Part shown: piece by piece, positions 32,784 to 40,635 of the stretch | Position numbering within the stretch: position 1 is the stretch's first letter | Layout: each line of letters begins with the position of its first letter | DNA from: Promethearchaeota archaeon | GTDB lineage: Archaea; Asgardarchaeota; Lokiarchaeia; Sigyniarchaeales; SOKP01 | Direction: 5' to 3' | NCBI GenBank assembly: GCA_030603385.1 | Contig: JAUVXW010000006.1 | Span: 32,001-96,000 of the forward strand | Length of the DNA: 64,000 nucleotides | Translations under genes and position numbers: made by a program | The notes under the pieces: generated by a model | What the model saw: only the letters and a program-made list of their open reading frames with translations | Database searches by the model: none | What the model was told of the DNA's origin: nothing

Positions 32784-32843
32784 CCCTTGCAAGGTTAGTC
32801 TTCTTATAACTAGAATTTGTTTATAAGAATCATTCTGCAGGGG
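32784..32843 (-). promoter_or_regulatory. Eukaryote-like SECIS element downstream of / overlapping the end of Sec-mvhD
   Basis: mRNA: CCCCUGCAG-A-AUGA-UUCUUAUAA-ACAAAUUCUAG-UUAUAAGAA-GA-CUAACC-UUGCAAGGG = helix I, AUGA/GA core, perfect 9-bp helix II, A-containing apical loop. Confidence 0.85.
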
Positions 32844-33291
32844 TAGTTATAACTTGTTTTGTATCAACTTTCATTTCTTCATCTTCTAAGTTCAGTGGAC
32901 TTGGTCCAGCTTTTTTTACCTTTTCGTAAGCATCCTCGACAGATTCGACAAATTTCCCAGCATCTCCTCCACTTAACCAATACATATTTATTCTTTGACT
33001 ACCGAAACCTCTAGATTCTAAGATTCTATTTGCTAAATCAACATGCCTTTCGGCTGTGAAATTACCGTTTTTAAATTGACATTCATTAGGTCTTCAACCA
33101 ACAATCATAACACCATCAGCTCCCGCACGAATGCTATACAAAATGTGCTTAATGTCAACTCTCCCAGTACATCTTACTTTGATAATTTTTACCGCAGGAG
33201 TATATTTTAATCGGGAAACCCCAGCTAAATCAGCTGCGCTATATCCTCATTTTAAGCAAGCAAACACGATTATATTATACGTATTATTCAT
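32830..33291 (-). CDS. mvhD: Selenocysteine-containing MvhD/VhuD (2 Sec), 153 aa
   Basis: Missing from the ORF track. Manual translation: [27 protein letters not shown]...VRCTGRVD...MIVG-U-RPNECQF...YWLSGGDAGKF...PAE*. TGA at 33247-33249 and 33094-33096 align with Cys of the three Cys paralogs. Confidence 0.92.
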
Positions 33292-33297
33292 GTTTAT

Positions 33298-35274
33298 TTA
33301 ACCACCTCCTAAAAGACCATCAATTTCAGCAAATAATTGATGATCGCGATAATATCTGATATCAATTGCTTGAGTAGGACAACACGTGGCACAAATACCG
33401 CATCCGTCACAATTTATTTCATCAATAAACGCACCGATATCCTTTTCAATCCTAATGGCATTTTTAGGACATTCTTTTTCGCATCGTCTACAAGAAATGC
33501 AGAATTCACTGTCCACCTCAGCAGTAATAAGTTCTATATCGATTTCTCCTGGTGATGTTAACTCAGCAACTTTACTTGCAGCAGCTCTAGCTTGAGAAAC
33601 TGAATAAGAAATATTTTTCGGTCCTTGAGCAAATCCAGCTATAAAAATGCCTTTCGACTTAGTCTCTTGCGGCATTAAACCGAAATGTGATTCTGTTAGA
33701 AAGCCATAAGTGTTAGTATCAAGATTTAAGACTTCTACAATTTGTTGGGTACCTTTTGAAGGGAGTGCTGCTGTGGATAACACAACTAAATCAGCATCAA
33801 TTATTACAATCTTATCTGTTAATGATGAATATACTCGAACTTTCACGTTTTTTGTTTCAGGATCTTCAGAAATTTCACCTACCTTCCCACGAATCATTCT
33901 AATACCAGCGTCTTTAGCTCGTTCATAGTATTCTTCAAATCCTTTTTCAGGAGTTCTTATGTCAATATAACAGATTGTAATGTTCGCATCAGGAAATTCT
34001 TCTAAAAGCAATCGCCCATTCTTTAGAGCAAGCATACAACACACTCCGCTACAATAAGTTCTTTCTGTTTCTCTACTACCAACACATTGAATAAAAACAA
34101 TTTCCTTAGGTTTCTTATTATCTGAAATTCGATGCACATGGCCTTCAAGTGGTCCATTTGGAGCTAATATTCGTTCTAATTGAACTTGAGTTATAACATT
34201 TTCAAATTCTCCATATCCGTATTCACCAAAAGGTTCATGTATGTCCCAACCAGTTGCTATAATGATTGTACCAACCTCGACATTGACTTCTTTGGGTTCT
34301 TGACTAAAATCAATAGCATCCAATTCACAAGCATCTACACACGAAAAACATTCTACACATGCATTTCTATCAATATCATATAGAAACGGCACTGCTTGGT
34401 CAAATGGAATATCTATTGCCCTTCGTGCTCCTAAATTTTCATCGAAATAATTCGTTGTATAAACTGGACAGACTTCAGCGCAAGCACCACACCCATTGCA
34501 TTCATCTGTTGTATATCGCGGTTTTTTCTCAATAGTTACGTTATAATTACCGACATATCCTTCGATATTCTTTACTTCACTATAAGTTAATAATTCAATA
34601 TTATCATTTCTATTAATTTTTAACATCACTGGACCACAGATTCAGATAGCACAGTCATCTGTAGGAAAAGTTCTGTCTAATTGAGACATTCTTCCTCCTA
34701 TCGTAGTCTTAAGTTCTACCAGATACACCTTAATACCTTGATTCGCCAGATCTAGAGCTGCGTTCATACCCCCGATCCCTCCTCCTACAACTAAAGTGGC
34801 TTTAGTGACAGGAACAGTTTTAATAGGAACAGGTTCTAAGCGTTTAGCTCTTTCAATACCACTTTTTACTAAAATTTTCGCTTTTTCTGTAGCTTCTTCT
34901 TTGTTATCAGTACACCATGAACAGTGTTCACGAACATTGACCATTTGAAAGTAATAGGGATTTAAGTCTGTTTTAGCAATTGTACCCCTGTAAATCACTT
35001 CATGAGTTCGAGGGGTTCAAGCCGATGCTACTATTCTATTTAGATTCTTTTCTTTGATATCCTCTATTATCTCATTTTGTGCATTATCAGTTCAAAGAAA
35101 TGCATTCTTCTTTGAGATTATAATTTCATCAGGAAATTCGCTTTTAACATATTCTACTAGTTCATCGCAGTCAACTTTGCTTCTTATGTCTGTATTAAAA
35201 ATTTGAAATAAATTTTTTTTTATACCTCACTGACATGCATAGTATCCAATCCGATGATTTTCATTACTAATCAT
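33298..35274 (-). CDS. hdrA: Selenocysteine-containing canonical-size HdrA (4 Sec), with a putative 30-nt intron at 35190-35219; alternative start 35289
   Basis: One continuous frame joins track ORFs 34642..34998 and 33298..34629. TGA at 35227-29 (ACQ-U-G), 35092-94 (FL-U-T), 35017-19 (SA-U-TPRTHE) and 34642-44 (DDCAI-U-ICGP), each at a Cys position of the paralogs. Confidence 0.92.
35190..35219 (-). other. Putative 30-nt BHB mRNA intron in Sec-hdrA
   Basis: GUAU/AUAC central helix, AAA and AGA bulges, AAAAAUUU/AAAUUUUU intron stem; canonical cuts yield U-G-I-N-I as in the paralog motif CGINI. Confidence 0.65.
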
Positions 35275-35567
35275 TCTTTTTTTACACATCCACCTCGTGC
35301 TTTTACAAAATTGTATATAAATAAATTTCTTAAATGTATATTGGATCATTTTTAAGTTCCAATATAGATCTTTAGGTCACGATCAATATTAAATATTTTT
35401 TTTAATAGTTTATTCATTTTCAATGTTTTTAATACTTACTATTTATCGATATAATCAAATTTTTATGGAACGGTCGCAACATTAAAACATTTTTAACCAG
35501 ATTGAAAGTTTTTGGTTATTTAATTTTGGAAAGTGTTAAAGAAAGTTGGGTTTATGATCGATCTTAA

Positions 35568-35750
35568 ACATTTTCGGGTCAACGATGGATCGAGGTTGGA
35601 CCAGAAGAAGGTCCCTGGACTCTTGCTCCCCCTCTCCTACAGTTTTCAATGTTCACCTATGATATTATAATTGAAATGGGGCTTTTTACGATGTGCTTTC
35701 TAGCAATTCCTCATTTTTTGAAATTGATAAAGTCTGAAAAACAAGATTAA
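35568..35750 (+). pseudogene. Start-less 3' fragment of a membrane-protein gene
   Basis: Open frame TFSGQRWIEVGPEEGPWTLAPPLLQFSMFTYDIIIEMGLFTMCFLAIPHFLKLIKSEKQD* directly after a TAA; higher GC than flanks. Confidence 0.4.
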
Positions 35751-35852
35751 CTCCCTTTTTTTTTATAATTTTTGTTGATCTCCTATAATATTAAAATATT
35801 ATATCTCCAACTAATATCCTTAATTAAAAAAATTGATAAAACGAGAGAATTT

Positions 35853-36839
35853 CTAAATTAGATTCTTAATAATATCATTATTTAAATATTCTTTATAATA
35901 GTGGGATTTATTTAACAGGTATTTTCGCGCAAAAGGCCTAACCATCATCATGAATAATCGAGAAATTGCTACTTTTTTTCTCACAGCATTGAAATAATCA
36001 TCAATTGTATGTTGTTGATATTGTAGAAGCTTTTGACTTTTATCTGTTGTCATGAATCCACAATGAAAACCTTTTGTACTAAATGCTTCAGGAGGCAACT
36101 CTTCGGTTCCAATTCCAAAAATGTCTAACATCTCTCTAAGATATTCTCTATATGAAATTCGACACCTTGATCCACCTGCGATATGTAATATTTCACTCCA
36201 AATTTCTTCGTTTTCGACTGCATTAGCTAAAGCAAAACCAACATCTTTAGTATCACAGATTTCAATACACGTATTTAAGGGCATTTCAAACATAAGCGGA
36301 TCCATTTGAAGTTTATTGATAGATACGATATAGGTTAAACGACATATTACCCACTCTAATCCTGAGTTTTTAATAAGTTCTTCACACTTTACTTTTTGTT
36401 TAGCATACTCATCATCATCATTAGGATTAAGCGGATCAGTTGTTCGAATTAATGGATTTTTAGTTCTGTCACCATATATTGCTACTGAAGAGGTGAATAT
36501 GAGTTTTGGTTTTTGTAGTTGTTTCTTCATAGCTTCGATGATATTTGAGGTTCCCCCAACATTTACGGCTTCAGCAAATCTAGGTTTTCTATCAGCAAGT
36601 GGAGGTATTATAGCAGCCACATGAATAATAACATCACAACCATAAACTGCCATCTCTACATCTTTAGGGTTTCTTAAATCCCCCCACATTATTTCTACCT
36701 GATCTTTAAACTTTTTTGCATTACGACGATTTTGTTTATTTTTTATATCAAAAACTCTTACATCATAGTTTCTTTTAATTAATTCTTTCAATGTACTTAA
36801 TCCAACATTACCAAAAGCTCCTGTTAATAATACTTTCAA
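35853..36839 (-). CDS. NAD-dependent epimerase/dehydratase (extended SDR)
   Basis: TGAFGNVG, HVAA, TSSVAIYG, YAKQK. Confidence 0.9.
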   Translation of the reverse strand: MKVLLTGAFGNVGLSTLKELIKRNYDVRVFDIKNKQNRRNAKKFKDQVEIMWGDLRNPKDVEMAVYGCDVIIHVAAIIPPLADRKPRFAEAVNVGGTSNIIEAMKKQLQKPKLIFTSSVAIYGDRTKNPLIRTTDPLNPNDDDEYAKQKVKCEELIKNSGLEWVICRLTYIVSINKLQMDPLMFEMPLNTCIEICDTKDVGFALANAVENEEIWSEILHIAGGSRCRISYREYLREMLDIFGIGTEELPPEAFSTKGFHCGFMTTDKSQKLLQYQQHTIDDYFNAVRKKVAISRLFMMMVRPFARKYLLNKSHYYKEYLNNDIIKNLI

Positions 36840-36873
36840 AAATAATTACACTGATTATATGATTTTTTTAGAG

Positions 36874-36896
36874 GATATATCAGTTCTGGATATATC
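36874..36896. promoter_or_regulatory. Putative operator: two palindromic GATATATC boxes with 15-bp period upstream of the epimerase gene
   Basis: GATATATC at 36874-36881 and 36889-36896; similar arrangement upstream of the PadR gene. Confidence 0.5.
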
Positions 36897-37128
36897 AATT
36901 ACTTAATATATATTTTATAGATATATAAGTGTTTGGGAAAAGAAAGCTATTTTACTGAATTCAAATTTTCATGAAATATATATAAATATATATTATAAAT
37001 CTATTATATAAAATAAGTTGTATTAAGATAGTCTAAAAATTAATATAATCATAACCTTTAAATATATAGTTTTATATACTAGTGATAGGAAATTAAAATA
37101 ATATTAGGGGTGAAATAAAGCAAAAAAA

Positions 37129-37233
37129 ATGAACGCTAAAATGATATATGAGATTTTAATGGGTATCGTTGGAATCTCTGGTCTGGCTTCATTAGGGTTT
37201 GTTATATTAATACTTCTAGGTATAGTGGCCTAG
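37129..37233 (+). CDS. 34-aa single-transmembrane microprotein
   Basis: MNAKMIYEILMGIVGISGLASLGFVILILLGIVA*; GGGGTGA upstream; below the ORF-track cutoff. Confidence 0.5.
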   Translation: MNAKMIYEILMGIVGISGLASLGFVILILLGIVA

Positions 37234-37250
37234 TAATCATTTTGTTTTTA

Positions 37251-37835
37251 TTATTTTCCATCAGCTTTTAAAATCTTAATTCTTTGGTCAATTTCATTTG
37301 TTACATTTTGGAGTTTCTCGACAATTTTTGATATAACCATTTTTCGTTTGGAGAGAATTTCGAATTTTTCATTTTTAGTTTTACCAACAAGACTTGTATC
37401 TTCAAGTAATTCAGGACCAAACAAACTTTCAAAATCATTCGGAATATTTGAATCAGTAATCCCTATAGTCGACATGATCATAGACAGGAGTGATTTACGC
37501 ATATTTTGTTGTCTTTCAATAATTTTTTTTAAAGTTTTTTCACCTTTCTGCGTAATATCATAAACTTTTCGTTCCCTTTTTCCCTCCATTTCAGTAGTAA
37601 ACTTTATTAAACCTTTTTCTGTCAATGATGATAGATGTGGATATAAAGAGGAAGCAGTTGGATTCCATACTCCATAAGTATCATCTTTTATAATTTGCAT
37701 TAAATTATACCCATGAGATGGACTTTTTTCTAAAGCTAATAATATTAAAGTGCTGATATGCCCCTTTTTCATTGATTGTTCAATCGCATCAGCAATTGCA
37801 TCAATTTTTTCTGAATTTTTCGTTTTTTCACTCAT
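37251..37835 (-). CDS. PadR-family transcriptional regulator
   Basis: LILLALEKSPSHGYNL...SSLYPHL...RERKVYDITQKG. Confidence 0.92.
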   Translation of the reverse strand: MSEKTKNSEKIDAIADAIEQSMKKGHISTLILLALEKSPSHGYNLMQIIKDDTYGVWNPTASSLYPHLSSLTEKGLIKFTTEMEGKRERKVYDITQKGEKTLKKIIERQQNMRKSLLSMIMSTIGITDSNIPNDFESLFGPELLEDTSLVGKTKNEKFEILSKRKMVISKIVEKLQNVTNEIDQRIKILKADGK

Positions 37836-37863
37836 ATCAATGCTACCATGATTAATAAAGAGA

Positions 37864-37886
37864 CAAATATCAAATATAGATATATC
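37864..37886. promoter_or_regulatory. Putative PadR autoregulatory site (CAAATATC plus GATATATC, 15-bp period)
   Basis: Matches the box pair at 36874-36896. Confidence 0.45.
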
Positions 37887-37998
37887 AAATTACGGAATAA
37901 ATATTAATATTTAGAGTTTTTGTAGAAATAATTGAAATGGCAAAAATAAGGGTTTCTTAAAAGAATTCTCATTTCATCTTAGGTTTAATTCAGGTTTT

Positions 37999-38011
37999 AA
38001 AAAAAAAAAAA
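37999..38011 (-). terminator. Oligo-U terminator (13 T on the minus strand)
   Basis: A13 run directly after the stop of 38012..39376. Confidence 0.5.
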
Positions 38012-39376
38012 TTATTTTAATCTTTTTCTAATTAAAATTATTGATGCTATTGCTATAATTCCAATTATCACTATTGTCGTAGTAGTAATAATAATTAGTA
38101 AATTATCTCCAGAACCAGTGGGAACTGTTAAGCCCAACATATTAAAATACCAATAATTCTCACTTGTTGTTTGACGGATCCTATCATTTAATTGAGAGTA
38201 AACCCAGTATTTTGTATTTAGAAATGACATTGTGCCATACCCTCCAACAATAATACCCAAATCAGCATCTGAGTCATAATGTTCGAGTTCGCTTTTAGGT
38301 ATTCTAATTTCATACATTCGATGATCTGATGCGTTGTTAAAGCTAGGCCCAAATCCCCATTCGATTTGGTAATCACTAATTGAAGAATAGGGGTTCGTAA
38401 ACGCGCTCCCAAAATTATTCTCATCTAAGTGGAAAATTCCAAAACTCATATGGTGTAACTGAATCTTAAAAGGATTGCTATGGTTTGCTAACAAACTAAA
38501 CTGCATTTTGTGATCCGATGTGAAATTTCCAGCTAAAAAAGTATTATACTCATTTACAAGTAAAGTACTAAGTAAAAATGTTTGATCTGGATCATTCCTG
38601 TTCATAGTCCCATTGTTATACCATAGAACTACTTCATAATTTGAAATGGTTGTGTTTACAATTCCAAAGGTATTAAGGTTCACTTTTATCGTGGCATTAG
38701 CATAAAGTTCCTGGAAATAAGAGAAATAGTCCTTTATATCAATTGAAAAGTCAACTTGTACTAAATAGTTCGTATTATTTTTGACTGAGGTTATGTTAAA
38801 AGTCGGTTGCCCCGCAGATTGATCTAAAAGAGTATAATTACCTTCAACTGAACCATAAACTGCATTATATTGGCTATCGCTATTAGGAAAAACACCCCAT
38901 CCAATTGAACTTACATTTAAGAAATAAGGTAATGGTACATCATTTTCAACATCATGTATAAAAGATTCTGCCCCATCATCGAGATAGCTTACCCATGTCG
39001 AAAGTTCAGTAAATGTTCTATTGTTGGTATTTAACCAAGCTCCAACCCATTCACCAGTAATGTCTCCGGTTTTATCACTGCAAAGATCGAGTCCAACAAA
39101 AATATTATTTGCATCTTCGCCTAAATACAGATAATTCATTCCATCGGTATCTGGCGGATTGCCTACGTCGTCTATGTCTAAATAAAATCCAACCTTCCAA
39201 TCTGCATCTGACCATTCACTCTCTTGGATTACACCATCCATAACCATATTTTTCATTGGAGCTGTATCACTAATTTTAGGCATATCGGTACGATATACGA
39301 TAGAAAAACCGCCAAGGATGGACAAATTAAGTAAGATTAACGGTATTATTAAACCAATAAATTTTTTATTTAACAT
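38012..39376 (-). CDS. Secreted, C-terminally anchored surface protein with CBM9/DOMON-like domain
   Basis: Signal peptide; MDGVIQESEW...YLYLGED...HRMYEIRIPKSEL; many N-x-S/T sequons; C-terminal TM plus RKRLK. Confidence 0.7.
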   Translation of the reverse strand: MLNKKFIGLIIPLILLNLSILGGFSIVYRTDMPKISDTAPMKNMVMDGVIQESEWSDADWKVGFYLDIDDVGNPPDTDGMNYLYLGEDANNIFVGLDLCSDKTGDITGEWVGAWLNTNNRTFTELSTWVSYLDDGAESFIHDVENDVPLPYFLNVSSIGWGVFPNSDSQYNAVYGSVEGNYTLLDQSAGQPTFNITSVKNNTNYLVQVDFSIDIKDYFSYFQELYANATIKVNLNTFGIVNTTISNYEVVLWYNNGTMNRNDPDQTFLLSTLLVNEYNTFLAGNFTSDHKMQFSLLANHSNPFKIQLHHMSFGIFHLDENNFGSAFTNPYSSISDYQIEWGFGPSFNNASDHRMYEIRIPKSELEHYDSDADLGIIVGGYGTMSFLNTKYWVYSQLNDRIRQTTSENYWYFNMLGLTVPTGSGDNLLIIITTTTIVIIGIIAIASIILIRKRLK

Positions 39377-39458
39377 TTTTAAACAATAGATATTTAAGAA
39401 ATTTGTTATACCCTAAAATCAATTGTTATTATTAATAGTTTTCGGCATAATAGTCTCG

Positions 39459-39575
39459 TTAGTACTTGTTCAAAAGCGAAGATAATAATTCTCTTATATT
39501 GAGGTTTGTTACAAAATTGTAAAATCTTGTTCTTGCATTATTGATTGATTGACGAATTGATATAATGAGTTTCAT
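39459..39575 (-). pseudogene. Truncated copy of the DUF998 gene 5' end (38-aa ORF)
   Basis: MKLIISIRQSINNARTRFYNFVTNLNIRELLSSLLNKY* versus MKLTMSIRQSINNARARFYNFVTNLNIVKY... Confidence 0.7.
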
Positions 39576-39660
39576 TTTTGATTTTTATTGATAAATAAAA
39601 TGAGAGTGTTAAAAAGCGATTAAATTAAAAAATTTAGTAGATCCGTTAATTTATAACTAG
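39496..39660. repeat. Dispersed direct duplicate (about 165 bp) of 40360..40533: upstream region plus first 27 codons of the DUF998 gene
   Basis: Near-identical ATATTGAGGTTTGTTACAAAATTGTAAAATCTTG... and ...AATTTAGTAGATCCGTTAATTTATAACTAG blocks in both copies. Confidence 0.9.
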
Positions 39661-39701
39661 ATTACATTATTAGATACTGAGATATTTTGCTTAACTCTGT
39701 T

Positions 39702-40439
39702 TTATCTTGGGATTAACTCTGGTTTTAACAAAACCACTAGCGAAATGGGGATTATCCAGACTAAAATTGAGAAGAGTAACATCCATTCTAATAATGGGGT
39801 GCTATCAATTAGATTTAAAATAGAAACGATCAATGGCCCAAAAATTCCATAGATTCCAAGAAGTTTTGGGATCTTAGTATCATATAAAACAATTAACCAG
39901 CCCATAAAGAAAGCACCAAAAGTAAATCCACCAAAAGCTAAATATGACATAATGCCATGCGGTCCTTCTCCTAAAATGGATAAGAATTCGTAATCGCGGT
40001 CAGCAGAAAAGATCCCCACACCAATATACCCGAGATTACCAATTATGCTAAATAAGAAAGCAAAACTGCTTAGTCGAAAACGTAATCGAGAGTAATGTTG
40101 CTCTCTCAATTTTGTTCTCTCTGGCAATGGAGCAAGTAATTTTTCTAGATAGAAAGTGAGTGGAATAGTCATAGATCCTGCAACAATACATGCAATATCA
40201 TATAAAAATGGAACTGGAGTGTGGTTATGTGCCCCAAGATCAGAAATCCAGTTATCCCAAATAGTGTATCCGTCTGGATCAAACAATGCTGCAATGATAA
40301 CACCAATTATAAGCAAAGAGATATACCCCATCATAACAATAATTGCAGAGTATTTCACGATATTGAGGTTTGTTACAAAATTGTAAAATCTTGCTCTTGC
40401 ATTATTGATTGATTGACGAATTGACATAGTGAGTTTCAT
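39702..40439 (-). CDS. DUF998-like membrane protein
   Basis: GYTIWDNWISDLG, GVGIFS, H..., LEW; about 6 TM segments. Confidence 0.75.
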   Translation of the reverse strand: MKLTMSIRQSINNARARFYNFVTNLNIVKYSAIIVMMGYISLLIIGVIIAALFDPDGYTIWDNWISDLGAHNHTPVPFLYDIACIVAGSMTIPLTFYLEKLLAPLPERTKLREQHYSRLRFRLSSFAFLFSIIGNLGYIGVGIFSADRDYEFLSILGEGPHGIMSYLAFGGFTFGAFFMGWLIVLYDTKIPKLLGIYGIFGPLIVSILNLIDSTPLLEWMLLFSILVWIIPISLVVLLKPELIPR

Positions 40440-40635
40440 TTTTGATTTTTTTTAAAACTATTGATAAATAAAATAAGGAACCTAAAAAGAGATTTAATTA
40501 AAAAATTTAGTAGATCCGTTAATTTATAACTAGGTTTATGTCGTATTTGGATAAAACTTTTATAGATATATGATCTAATTTGATAATAATCATTGAAAAA
40601 AATAAGTAAATTGTAAATATTCAAAGGCTTATTAA

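Noticed and set aside
35190-35225. GT...AG-bounded 36-nt segment resembling a spliceosomal intron
   Set aside because: Removal would give CQUDIRS and delete the conserved Gly-Ile, whereas the 30-nt BHB excision gives GINI. No spliceosome is known in archaea.
32830-35289. Interpretation as nonsense-riddled pseudogenes or a UGA-reassigned genetic code
   Set aside because: All internal stops are TGA at conserved Cys sites and a SECIS follows. Other genes in the window use TGA as a normal stop and TGG for Trp.
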